DNA of 64,000 nt from Podarcis tiliguerta (Eukaryota). The notes under the pieces were generated by a model. The model did not search any database. It had not been told where the DNA came from and worked only from the letters and a program-made list of their open reading frames with translations. The position numbers were made by a program, and so were the translations under genes. The DNA lies in assembly GCA_965153285.1 (NCBI GenBank), contig OZ229113.1. The stretch is one strand, 5' to 3'. Shown here piece by piece: positions 41,244 through 53,417 of the stretch; the first letter of the stretch is position 1; each line of letters begins with the position of its first letter.

Positions 41244-42480
41244 TGAGCTAACTGTACCAATGGTCTAACTCGGCATAAGGCAGCTTCCTATATCATTCTA
41301 TTAACACCTGTAGTTGGGTACTATAGATTCACCCATAAAGGTTTCCTTAGTAAACAACAACAACAATGCTGATAGATGTGGACATCTGATGCTGAGTGGT
41401 CATTTGGGAAGTCTAGGATGTTTTGCAGGCAAGGAAGCCTGTGTGTGTGAAGAACCCTGCTCTGCTGCTTACCGCATTTTGACTATCTCATCACCTCATA
41501 TAGTTAAGTTTAAAAGAAAAGACCAATCCGCCATCCCTAAAAGAAATTCCTTCTATGTTCTCTCCCTCACCCTTATGAAAAAAGCAGGAAAACAATGCCT
41601 GAAACAGAATAACAGGATTTGGCACAGCACTCGCTTAAACTAAGTATGGTTAATGTTAATCAGTTTCTGATGGCATAGCAAACTTTGGTTAACTATAAAA
41701 GGGGAAACAAAAGTCTCCAAACCACTCCTTCTGTGCAGCCATTAAGTTGCACACAATCGGTGCCTTTGACAAAGGTATCTTACTGTCTCTAAATATCAGT
41801 CTAAAATCTTTGTTCCAGGCTTCTTGTCAGTGGATTCATTATGGTTACAGCAGCATTGGAAATAATTGATTTTAATGCCACCTTACGGGTGTTTTCTTTG
41901 CTGTTCCGATTTCACTGTTGAAGAATGTCCTTAACAACCGATTGTGTTGGCATGGGAACAAACTTTCACCTTATGATCAAAAATCACGTGTACTGCTTTG
42001 GTACATATTACTTTTTAGGGAATACCTGAGGAGATGTTCACTATGTCATATTCACAATAGTTCTAGGGAACTCAGTGGACTTAAGACTAAATCAAAGCGT
42101 TGCTTTCAAAGGCGCTTCAAGTATGCCTTTGTCGAACACATTCCTGTGACCTACAGGAGTCACTGAATGATTTGCGTTTGACTTTAATTGGAGCTCTGAG
42201 ACTTTTAACATTTGTCACAGCTCTTTTATTAATGTGGAAATACTGCAAATATGTACAGACTAAGGGTTTTACTGTTGGAATTCTGTATGTCTGTGCAGAT
42301 TCGAGGTAGCAGTGAGAGAGGCTATTAAGTAGCATACTTAATAAGATGAAATGACCTATAGTGTCCAGGAGTGTTTATCCTCCTGGATGCTTGATATATA
42401 ACTCTCTGTTTCTAAACAACTGCCAATAACATGTTAATTGTTTACTCTGGGTCTATCAGGAGCAAACTCGTTTAAGATAC

Positions 42481-42505
42481 GTTGTTGTTGTTGTTGTTGT
42501 TGTTG
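42481..42505. repeat. (GTT)n microsatellite
   Basis: Direct reading. Confidence 0.9.
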
Positions 42506-42650
42506 ATGATAATCTTATTTATGAATTGCTTCCTGTGAAGCATCCTGAAGCGATGTACAATATCATGACATTTATAAAACAAAGCCCTTGGGTATAATTT
42601 TTTTTTAAAAAAAAAAAATTACAAATACAAAATCAATTTAAAACAGCAAC

Positions 42651-42695
<45 letters not shown>
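42651..42695. repeat. (AAT)n microsatellite
   Basis: Direct reading. Confidence 0.95.
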
Positions 42696-42697
<2 letters not shown>

Positions 42698-43004
42698 TAC
42701 CCCACCCATCTGGCTGGGCTGCTCCAGTCAGCTGAATTCAAATTCAAGACAGATACCAACTGGGACAAGGATTTTAGAAAGCTTGTTGAAAGAGGAACAT
42801 ATTTAGCAGATGCTGAACAGACAGTAGAGAAGGTGTCTGTCTGATAGGTAATGGGAGGACGTTCTAAAGGTTAGGTGGCATCACACTCAATGCCCAATTC
42901 TGACATAGTGTGGAATGGCCCTCCTGATATTTGCAGGACGCCCTCTCCTTCAGAACGGAGTGATTGGTTGGGTATGTAGGAGATTATCTTTTAGGTATTC
43001 TGGT

Positions 43005-43977
43005 CATAGTTGTCAACTGTCTCTTATTTGGCGGGAAACTCCATTATCCCAGCGCCATGTCCTGCTGCTATCCCTTATTAATGATGCCCCTTAAATTTCC
43101 TGGGTTTCAAAGGAAGCCCTGCCGGCCAGGGAGGAGGGAGGCTCCAACTGTGTTGCTTGGCTGCCTGGCCCACCCCCCCCCGGCCTCCTCTCACCAGCCT
43201 CGGCCCCCGGGAGCCTCTCCCCGCCAGGACTGGCGGGAGCCTCGGGCCCTTCCACCGCCATCCTCCTCGTGGCTGCCAAACTGATCGTCTCTGTCTGGGG
43301 CCTCCCCCCTGCCCGTTGCCGCCGCCGCTGCTCCCACTAGGCCATACTGTGGCTGCACTGTCGAAGGACCCGGATTAGATGGGCAGCCTGGTGTGGTCTA
43401 TGAATTGCTGAGGAGCCTTGAGAGGAGAGCGAGGGCAACCATAGAGAAAGCAGTTCAGAGAGAGGAGGAGGAGGTGGGGGAGGAGGTGGAGACACGGGCA
43501 GGTGTTCCAAGGGCTAACCATAGAGGGGGAAAGCGGAGGAAGGACCGCAAGTGCTTCTCCCATAGAGTTGTAGTGGTAGACTAGCATAGATAGTCTGATC
43601 TGCGGGTTTACTTCGGGCGCTATTCCCCCGCCCCCACACCTCTCTTCCTCCCGCCCCCTGATGGAACTGAGAGCTGCAGAGGGAGCATGAGAGAAAAGAT
43701 AGAGAACTGCAGCAGCATCTTCATAGCTTGGACTTCGTTTTGCGCGAAAAGTGGTTGCTGCTTGTAGTTATTTAATTGCAGTGTTTCATTAGCTGGTGTC
43801 TTGAGCAGCAACCTCTGGAAATGAAGGGCTAAAAACCGGCGCTGCTCTCCAAAATTATCTGGTCCCTTTTAACTTTGTATTTTAGCTGGTTGACTAAAAT
43901 CCCTTATTTTGGCTGCTGATCCCTTATTTTCGAGGCCGCTGGTCCCTTATTTTCAAATCTGTAAGTTGACAGCTATG
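43005..43977. mobile_element. Non-autonomous hAT element (CATAGCTGTCAAC family) with GC-rich interior
   Basis: TIR CATAGTTGTCAAC / GTTGACAGCTATG, perfect 8-bp TSD ATTCTGGT (42997-43004 and 43978-43985), and repeated subterminal TCCCTTATT motifs. No transposase ORF. Confidence 0.92.
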
Positions 43978-44757
43978 ATTCTGGTCCCAAGCTGTATAGG
44001 GCTTTGTACACCAGTACCAGCACGTTGACAGTAGTCTCATTGCTATTTAGCATCCTATGAAATGCTTTCAAGAATCAGTGGTCCCCTTCTCATGTTTGAG
44101 GGGTATAGATTGCTGCAATATATAGGTGTAGCCATCTAATGTTTTATCCTCTTATTAACTGCTTTGGTCAACATTACCCTGACTGTCTCAGCTGCTTGTT
44201 TCCCTGACAACCCCAGCACTCACTTAAGGCACAGGCAGAAATGATATGCATTGAAAGCTGATGCTTGCTGGTATTTCTTTACTTGCTCCTTTCAACCTCT
44301 TAAGTTGTAAATATGCTGAAGGAATGTGTCCTGGGGATGTTTCTACTCTGAAAGAGTCTGGGATTTCTAAATGCAGCTGTTTGGGATTCTGACAGCCTGG
44401 CTGCTTCAACAGGATAGTACTACTGGGATGGTTATTTACCAGGATGTTTGTATCAATGGTGACAACAACTAAGAATTGCACCTGTGGGGAAAACGCCACT
44501 CCAAACAGCATACAAACAATACTCCAAATCTCATTCTGGAACATGGAAGCGTTTTCATTACTTCTTAACTATTCAATTGACTACCCATGGTCTGATGCTG
44601 AAAAACATAGAATACGCCACTACTGTGATTGCCAAAGGTTTCGTCTTTCCATTTTGTGTTAGAAAAAAAATATTAACAGAGGTATATAAAGAAAGAAACG
44701 AGTGACAGGAAAACCAGTTCCATGCAAGGCAAAATGTGTTTGCAGTATGGTCTAAGC

Positions 44758-44893
44758 CAGGCATGGCCAAACTTGGCCCTCTAGCTGTTTTTGGCCTACA
44801 ACTCCCATGATCCCTAGCTAGCAGGACCAGTGGTCAGGGATGATGGGAATTATAGTCCCAAAATAGCTGGAGGGCCAAGTTTGGCCGTGTCTG
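44758..44893. mobile_element. Foldback hAT MITE
   Basis: CAGGCATGGCCAAACTTGGCCCTC ... GAGGGCCAAGTTTGGCCGTGTCTG, nearly palindromic throughout. Degenerate TSD GTCTAAGC / GTTTGAGC. Confidence 0.85.
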
Positions 44894-45063
44894 GTTTGAG
44901 CTAAAATAAGGGAAACTGTTGAGATCTGTGATTGAGGGACTATATCAATCTTGTTTTATTGTGGCTATAGCATTTATCAGCCACTGTGAGGGCATAAAAT
45001 GTTTTTATTTTATTTTTTTAATTAGTGAGCATATGATCTGGTATATTTTTTACCTGCCTGCTT

Positions 45064-45305
45064 TAGTGGTACCTCGGATTACATACGCTTTAGGTTACAT
45101 ATGCTTCAGGTTACAGACTCTAGTAACCCAGAAATAGTACCTCGGGTTAAGAACTTTGCTTCAGGATGATAACAGAAATCACGCAGCGGCGGCATGGCAG
45201 CAGCGGGAGGCCCCATTAGCTAAAGTGGTGCTTCAGGTTAAGAACAGTTTCAGGTTAAGGACGGACCTCCGGAACGAATTAAGTATGTAACTAGAGGTAC
45301 CACTG
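45064..45305. mobile_element. Tigger/pogo-like MITE, copy 3
   Basis: AGTGGTACCTCGG ... GAGGTACCACTG|TA. Same family and orientation as 38881-39101. Confidence 0.87.
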
Positions 45306-45774
45306 TAATGTTATCCGCTGTAGATCAGTGGTTAACATATATGAAATATTTCTGAGATACTCTGGTAACGGACTCTTGATTTGCGTCCTGTTTTGTTTAG
45401 ATCTCTAATGTTCTAAGTATACTTTAGCACTTTTCTATAACTTGATAAGCTTTACTTAGATTAAATTGTATGCATGTATAAATTGTGTTCATGCTATTAA
45501 TGATAGCTGATTACACCCAGGATTTTTTTAATGAGATCTCTATCTCTCTCTCTGATATATATAGTTGATCATTACATTTAGAGTTGGTTCCTAAATTTAT
45601 TTTTCAAGCTGTTCGCTCATTAAATGCTGCTGGTGAAATTGCTGCACATTTTAAAATTGTGGTTCATTAAATCTGCAGAGCTACAAAAATATATTTGCTG
45701 AGTTTTCTTAAATTGTGTTTTTGGGCGTTTTTGTTTAAATTCTGTAACATATGGCTCTGTTTTTCCCTTTCCAG

Positions 45775-45932
45775 TGGAGGCGATAGTGGAGTTTGACTAC
45801 AAGGCTCAGCATGATGATGAGCTGACAATCACTGTCGGTGACATAATCACCAATATCCGGAAAGAGGATGGAGGTTGGTGGGAAGGACAGCTTAAAGGCA
45901 GAAGAGGTTTGTTCCCTGACAACTTTGTAAGA
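45775..45932 (+). CDS. SH3KBP1: SH3KBP1 (CIN85) exon 2, first SH3 domain (SH3A)
   Basis: ttttccctttccag|TG ... AGA|gtgagt, 158 bp. Encodes (V)[52 protein letters not shown]. The position downstream of BCLAF3 on the same strand supports SH3KBP1 over its paralog CD2AP. Confidence 0.96.
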
Positions 45933-46851
45933 GTGAGTACAAAGTGAAAACTGTTACTGTTCTTGTGTTGCTGGCTTGTATTCTCTTCTTTCAATGCAGG
46001 TTTGCTATCTTGGTGATGTGTATGCTTGTATCTCCAAAATACTTTTGACGTTTATACAAGACCAGCTGTCATAAAAGACAATTCAAAGGGTCATAGTAGA
46101 TGGCAGATGGGAGCGACATTCCTACCATCCATTTGCACTGACTCTTCCCCATTCTCACCCCAGAATTGCACACCTCCAGCTATTTTTGAAGAAACAATAA
46201 GCCCCTTGAGTGAGTTTGTGATTTTGAGCAGAAAAAAATGTCTGTAGGAAAGGGGCTAAGCACCCAGTAGCAGCCTCCCCAGACTGTTTCAATTTCCACC
46301 CTTTAAGGGTAAGGAGGCTATATGCATCTATACATAACAACTAATTTGGCCCTGACCCATGGTGAAAAATGTTCAGTCCAGCCAAAATGAAAGTAAGGGC
46401 AGCTGTTGAATAATTGAAAGGGGAAAGGCCTGCTTGCGATGGGGTTATGCTGTTCCTAAAATATTTTGTTTACAGCTTAGAGGTACTTGTCATACCCAGC
46501 TTTATTCCTGAATTTTCAGGTGTCAGCTATGATCCAGTTTCAGTGGTTGTTCCAGGTGCACCCGTGCCTGAGAGCTGGAAACCTGATCACTCTTTCATGA
46601 CAACCTTTATGTTGGAGTGTTGCAATGCACTTTTTCTGGGTTTGTCTGTGAAGATGGTTTGGAAGCTGCATTGGTAAAAGATACCACTGTGTGACTTAGC
46701 TTGGAAAGCTTAGAATTTAAGTCTGAATGGTCATGGTATACTGGTATTGAAAAATTACATTGGTAACCACAGTGTTTTCTGGACCCAGTTCAGTCCTAGG
46801 CTCCAGATATCTCTGTGAGGTGTAAAATCATTCAGAGAGACCCGGTTCTTA

Positions 46852-47171
46852 AAGGTAAAGGGACCCCTGACCATTAGGTCCAGTCATGGCCAACTCTGGG
46901 GTTGTAGTGCTCATCTCGCTTTATTGGCTGAGGAAGCCGGCGTACAGCATGACTAAGCCGCTTCTGGCAAACCAGACCAGCGCACGGAAATGCCATTTAT
47001 CTTTCCGCCAGAGTGGTACCTATTTATCTACTTGCACTTTGACGTGCTTTCGAACTGCTAGGTTGGCAGAAGCAGGGACCGAGCAACGGGAGCTCACCCC
47101 ATTGCGGGGATTCGAACCGCCAACCTTCTGATCAGCAAGTCCTAGGCTCTGTGGTTTAACCCACAGCGCCA
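46852..47171 (-). mobile_element. Sauria SINE (small internal deletion, slightly 5'-truncated)
   Basis: Same sequence family as 40889-41243, with an 11-bp TSD CCCGGTTCTTA (46841-46851 and 47172-47182). Confidence 0.92.
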
Positions 47172-48803
47172 CCCGGTTCTTAGTTCCAACTTCTTCCGAG
47201 GCCAGATTTGTTTCTTCAAGAAGCAGGGCCCTCGAAGCTGCATCAGGGCTTTCAAAATCCTTTTCACCAGCTGCCTGTTTAGCTCCCTCTTGTTTTCCTT
47301 ATTTGTGAAACATCACCTTACCCCGCTTTTCAGCTTGTTTTCAGGGAATTAATTTACATAGATTGTGCTTTAATTTTAATCCTGTTTTAATTACCGTGTT
47401 GTGCACTGCTCTTTAAGTATTCATTGAAAAGCAATACAGAGATTCTGTAAACAGAATAAATACAGAACGATGCTGCATCATGACTGTTTTCACTGGTTTT
47501 AACATTGTGCTTCTTATAGTGCAAGATGACTTGCAAACAAATAGTGTTAGATCAGCGTTGAAAGGAGAAATGGCATCTAAATGGGCTTGGAAGGTTTGCA
47601 GTAAATCTGAGAAGACCAAGCAAATTGGCCCAGTTCATTCATAAGTGCAAGTACTTTTGTTGCCTTAGAAATGGCATAGGCATCTAGCCTGTCTGAAGCC
47701 ATTTGTACTTGCTGTGTTCTTTCTACTCATTTTCTCCACTGATAACTACAATAAGAAACAGGATAGGAGGCAGAGAGGCTGGCTATTTTAACTTGAATCT
47801 GAATGTGGGTTACTATTTGTTAGCAATGCAGTTTGAAATTCTAGGAAAGGAGTAACTTAGTATTTAGAGACATGTGCATAACCTGATGACTGACAGCTGA
47901 AAGTGTAGACAAAGTCCATTGAATTGCATTTTATTGAGGTCATGTGAAAGTACTTTGGTGGCTCATGCAGAAATGCAAGCCACTGCTTGATAGGTGCAGT
48001 CGTCAAGTAACGAACACATATGTGTACCTGATTAAAGAATAGCTTCATTGGAAATGGAGAGCGCTGTGTAGATAAACAATTTTGGGAACACTTAAGTGGA
48101 ACTGCTGTTTATAAATTCAGTAAATATTTTTTTTCTTAAAAAGTAACATGCAGCAGTTAGTTTGTGAGTTTTTTGCAATTACGTTTGCAATATGTGGACT
48201 TGAACAGCTTTGGAGTAACTGGTAGCATATTAAATGTTTCCTGTGTATGCTAGCACCGAAGTCATGCTGCCTTTTATTCTTCCAAATACTGCTCCAAAAT
48301 GCTTTATATGGAGGATTGAAAGTACTGTATATCTGAAATTCTGGAATGTGTTCTGTGAGAATCCCACTAGAAAAGCATCCCACTAATGTTCCGGGTACTT
48401 TTGACTATAACTTCCACGAACACAGTGCTGGCTGGACCTGATGAGTATTCTAGTGCAAAACACAACAAAAGGCATTGGGTTGCTGAGGGCTGCCTTAAAG
48501 ACTGGAGAGGGGCATGGCTTTCTGGAGGGCTGCAGCAAATAGTAAATACTTCAATAACTTTTTAGAAGCAAGAGATCAGCATAGTCTCCGTGATGATTTT
48601 GCAAGGCACTTTGAGGACAACATTGCCTGCCTCCATGCGGACTTGAGTGCTTCCACTGATACAGTGTTGACGTATATGATACACTATGCTGTCCTTTGTG
48701 GGACCCATTTCCTTTGTTGATGCCTGGGATGTGAAGAAGACGCTTGCCGCTGTGCAGCCTACTATATGTTTTCTTGGCCCATGGCCATCCTTGTTGCTTC
48801 ATG

Positions 48804-48991
48804 CGTAGCTGTCAACCTTCCCTTTTTTTGCGGGAAATTCCTTTATTCCAGTGCCGTTTCCCGCTGCTTCCCGCTGCTATCCCGGATTGTCAGATATCCC
48901 ATAGACTGTCCCTGGGACAGGTGAGGCTGCTGATCCCTTATTTTCGAGGCTGCTGATCCCTTATTTTCAAATCTGAAAGCTGAGAGCTATG
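48804..48991. mobile_element. Short MITE of the CATAGCTGTCAAC hAT family
   Basis: CGTAGCTGTCAAC ... GCTGAGAGCTATG. The right end GCTGCTGATCCCTTATTTTCGAGG...TTTTCAAATCTG is shared with 43005-43977. Degenerate TSD GCTTCATG / GCTTCAGA. Confidence 0.82.
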
Positions 48992-49638
48992 GCTTCAGAT
49001 GTGGTAATCACTTTGTTGTGTGATGTGTGTTCCCTGCTGCCTTGATTGTCCTGGATCTCTGTGGCTTGTGAAATTGTTGCATTTTTGTTTTCTGTTGTGT
49101 GTGGAAATTTTATTGAAAGTTGCATTGTTGTTGTTTTTATTTAAACTGGCTTAGAGATTTTTTTTATTTTAAGGTGGCAGTAATCTTTTAGCAAATAAAT
49201 ATATAAGAATTCCATATAGCTGGAAACCTTTTCATTTACCATACTGAAGATTAAGCTTTGTTGTGTGCTGGCAGATTTAAAAAGGAAGAGTAATGGAAAC
49301 AGCACAGATACATGTATGCACATAATACTAGATTCTAATCTAGCTCTGAGTGACTGAAAACAGATGTAGGCTATTTAATTTTCCAACTTTCTCTTTTAGG
49401 GTTTACATGTTTGTTGTTAAGATGGTGTAGTGGTGCTGGGGGGTTAACGTGGGGGGGGGTGGACACTACTAAGTTAGCCATAATTCAGCTGCATAGCAAT
49501 GATTGTACAGGAAGATACTGAATTATGCTATTGAAAATGGTCTCTTTTGGATGCTCTGCTCTGTAGATAACTGTCTTGTGAACTAACACTTAAGAATAAA
49601 ATGCAGAAGCTACTATTTCCTAAGTCTTTAATTTGAAT

Positions 49639-51242
49639 CACGGGTGTCAAACACAAGGCCCGCGGGCCAAATCCGGCCCGCCAGACCTCGTCATGTGGCC
49701 CGTGTAGCCGCTGCTGGCCGCCAGCCTTCACCTTTTATTCTCGCTTTTTTTTTTCCGACACAAGAAAGTTTACATGGTGCGGCTCCCTACTCGCCCCCCC
49801 CCCCGTCGCTCTTAAGGACGTGGCTGCTGCTTCAAATGTCCCCGCGTCTCTCAACCTTCGCCTTCGTCGTCGGGGGCTGAAGCGAGGCGGGCAGCTGGCT
49901 TCTCTCTCCCGCTCACTGCTCAAAAAGAGCAGGCGGAAGGTCAGGTCTCTCCGTGCCGCGGAGGGGGAGTCTTTCTCCTCGGAGAAACTTTTTTATTCCA
50001 GCCTTGGATCTTCTCCGGGGATGCTGGATCCTCCCCGCCCGCCCCCCAAACTCCCCTTTTCTTCCAATCCTCAGCCACCTTGGAATCCCTCTTGGTGGGA
50101 GAGAAGCGTTTTTGGCTTCTGCGGAAGGTTCCCCTTGCTGCCGCTGCCACCAGCAGCGGCAGCCCCGTCTGTCTGAAACGGCCGCTGTTTGGTTTAATAA
50201 CACGATTTTGTTATGTCTGCTCAGCTCCGGCCAAGCGGCTCCTTCTCTGCGAGCGGATCCATGTGCGTCCACATTACATCTGGGGTTCCCACGGCCGCAC
50301 TTCCCGTGTCTCCCCCTCCGCCCTCCACCGAGGTGCGTCCCCTTGCAACATCTGAAATTATTTTCTCATAAACACCAACTTTGGGGCTCTCCCTCTCTGC
50401 CCCCCTCCGCTGCTCTCACGCTCTCCCCCCTCACCAATCCCAGGATCTGATTAGATTTCCAATCACAGCCCAGTCCGCAATCGGATTTCTGATTTCAGCC
50501 AGGAGCAAGCCAGCAATCCGGAGCATCCGCGTCTTCTCCTCGCCAAACTCTTCGCGTTATTATATCCGTTCGCCTTGCCTCCAACTCCTCTGCATTCCCC
50601 CCTCCCAGAATCGCACATCAAATGCAAAGAGATGCTGATGGTGGCGGCGGCGGCGAGCTTGGTGGCGGGAGGAGGAGAAAGCAGGAAGAGAGAGAAAATA
50701 AAATCCCCACCAGATGTTAAGAATCCATCATCATCATTTTTTAATTTTTTTAAAAGGAGAGTCCGCTCCCAGGGTGGGTGGCTTCGAAAGCCCCTCTCTC
50801 CTCGCATGTCCTGCTATTGCTTCCCGATCCTTCCCGGCATGCAAACTCGCCCTGCGGGAGGCGTCCTCTTCTCCTCCACGCTGGATTTCACCAGCCCGGG
50901 GCTTCCCTTCCTCTTCATTTCGCCTCCCTCTCCATCTTTGCACAGCCAGCCTTTCCAGGACCGACGATGCCCGTGATCAAGTTGTTCTTTGGGAATATGG
51001 GGTGGCTGGTGGGGGGGGGTGAGTGGGAGAGAGAGAGAGGCGCGCGCACACACTCCAAACACCCTTAAAATGAATGTAAAGTAGATCGTCTACATTATTA
51101 CAAAAAACAGTAATAATTGAATGCAGTGACAATAATTTATGATAAAAAAGAGTGGACACATAGTCCTACAGATACAACCGGCCCTTTGAGGGTGACCAAA
51201 CTGCTGATGTGGCCCCCGATGAATTTGAGTTTGACACCTCTG
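49639..51242. mobile_element. 1.6-kb non-autonomous hAT (Charlie-like) element carrying CpG-island-like sequence
   Basis: TIR CACGGGTGTCAAAC / GTTTGACACCTCTG, GGCCCG subterminal motifs and perfect 8-bp TSD ATTTGAAT (49631-49638 and 51243-51250). The interior is GC/CpG-rich with no transposase-like ORF. Confidence 0.92.
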
Positions 51243-51496
51243 ATTTGAATATTGACAAGCCAAAAAGTGAAAATGTGGCAAGGAAGAAGGCTCAGAATTG
51301 AGTGGTCAGGCCTACATTTCTAAAATATCCTTGAGAGAATTTTCAGTAGACAAAAGAGGAAGAAGTAAGCTTTTGAAATGTACTTGGGGAGAGAATTAAG
51401 TTTATCAGATAGTTGCCCTTTAATAAGCTTGTGCTGAATAAGCAAATAATAATGTTTTGTACATGTTGGGGTACGGTAGTTTGTTTTTGTTACAAA

Positions 51497-51507
51497 GATA
51501 GATAGAT

Positions 51508-51556
<49 letters not shown>
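51497..51556. repeat. (GATA)n microsatellite
   Basis: Direct reading. Confidence 0.95.
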
Positions 51557-51557
<1 letters not shown>

Positions 51558-52683
51558 AGTTGCACTCCTCATTCAAGTGTTTTCCCCCTCTAGCAATTGT
51601 ATTTGACTATGCAGCTCAGAGATGGGAAGATTTTGCTGATAGTAAATGCGGAGAAATATAAAGCAGGAAACTGAGGTGACAAACCAGTACTTGTTGATTT
51701 TAATTTGCGTTTGCATATGTATCTGATACGATCGTGGATAGCTGGTAAAATGTATGCTCCATCAGTGACCTTATTTCTCTCTGAATGTTCTCTCACCTTC
51801 AAACAGCCTGCAGAGTAGGGTGACGCCTCAGCAGATGCACCTTCTGAGCTACCGAATGAATGTGCTGCAGGATCTCAGCTGCTTCCGCTGGTTGATGCAC
51901 AATACTGGCAACATTTTTGCAGATGTGGCTGCAGGTGGTTAGTATGCTGTGAATCATGGCATTCGTACCAATAATCATGTCAGTTTCTTGGCAGTAGTGG
52001 CAGATGTCTAAATAAACCATTGAACTTCCATTTAAACCCACTGCAAAAGTTAGCAAAACTGAAAGGTATTTAGTTAGGTTTCCTTGCCAGCAGACTAAAT
52101 GAGCAGAGCTGAGCAGCTGCATCTCTTTTGGTCAAGAAAGCAAGAGAGACCTCTTTTCCCATAGAACTTTTCTGTTGTGTACAGTGATACACACGCCAAA
52201 ATTACCAGAGGGATTCATGAAATGCACATAGAATTAAAGACTTTAATTGTAGGTGGTCCTTTCTAATTGCATAGTTATTACCACACAAATATAGAGCTTC
52301 TTAACAGTGGGTTGGCTGACACTTGCCATTTCATCCTGTTTGATACCAGTGTAGCAAACCTGTTATTGTAAAGCATAGTATTCACTCTTTTTCTCAACAA
52401 ATGCACACCTTGAGAGTTGGTGCCTTGTCCTTTTGCAAGTTAATATCAGTAATGGCTCTTCTCTGAGGTTGTATGTAATTGGAAAGAAAGTGCAAGCATC
52501 CAGATTTCTCCACAATTCAGTTGGGTGGATAGCATAAAAAGTAAATTGCCAGAGATTAAACATTAGTTAGCTATTGTGACTAAGGCAGGGTAAAATATTG
52601 GTTTCTGCTGTAGGTGAAATAAGTTGCATCTCTTCCCTTTATGACTAATTTGAAAGGTCTCTGAAGTGTATTAAGCTATCAGT

Positions 52684-53417
52684 TGTTGTAAACAAAAATC
52701 TGCCCTCCCCCCCCCCATGGGGTATCCAAGAGCCCATATAGAGTCCTTACGTAGGTTCCCTACTGGTAGGAGAAAATAACAGAGGCCAACCAGAGAATGT
52801 TGAGAAGCAAAGCAGTTAGTAAGCCTGATCTTTATTGATCTGTTGCAACAGGGTCCTCACTCACTACACGCAGGAGGGAGGAGGAACCCAGAACAAAGTT
52901 GTGCCTGCCCTTATATAGACATTTTAAATTCCCTGCCCTGGAGCTCAAGACCACCCCTCCATACATCATACATACATCACAGAAGGGGTGTAACCTAAGA
53001 CCACCCCCCAGATACATCACAGAAAAGGCGGTCTACAGCAGCAATCTGAATGCATTGTTTATCTCATCTGACAGGTTACCTGTTTAATGGTCACTTGATT
53101 GGATACCCTGGGGGAGCCTGGCCAGTCTTTTGTAATGATAAATACTTAGTTCCTGAGCCAGGTCGCAGGCTCACACCCTTTTCATATCTTAAATGTGCCC
53201 TTAAGACAAATGTGCCCTTAAATGTGCCCTTAATGTGAAGGAAAAGACAATGGGGAGGCTTTTCCATTTTCCTTTGATCTTGCATAGAAAACATTTGGTC
53301 AGTTTACGAATCAAAAATGGTTTCAGGTTGGTCTTCCTGTGCTGATCTATGTACCTGCTTGGTTGGTACACTTATGAACATTTAACATATATCCAAGACC
53401 TCAAAATTCCTATCACA
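52684..53417 (-). mobile_element. Solo LTR (ERV or Gypsy type), antisense to SH3KBP1
   Basis: TGT...ACA termini and a 4-bp TSD CAGT (52680-52683 and 53418-53421). On the minus strand a TATA box (CTATATAAGGG, about 52908-52918) is followed by AATAAA (52831-52836). Confidence 0.8.

Noticed and set aside
45775-45932. Assignment of the SH3 exon to CD2AP
   Set aside because: The [19 protein letters not shown] start and the adjacency to BCLAF3 fit SH3KBP1. From recall, CD2AP begins MVDYIVEYDY.
49644-51068. Many ORFs of 60-165 aa, and the idea of a native second SH3KBP1 CpG island
   Set aside because: The ORFs reflect high GC content and have no recognisable domain. The region is bounded by TIRs and a perfect TSD, so it is an insertion.
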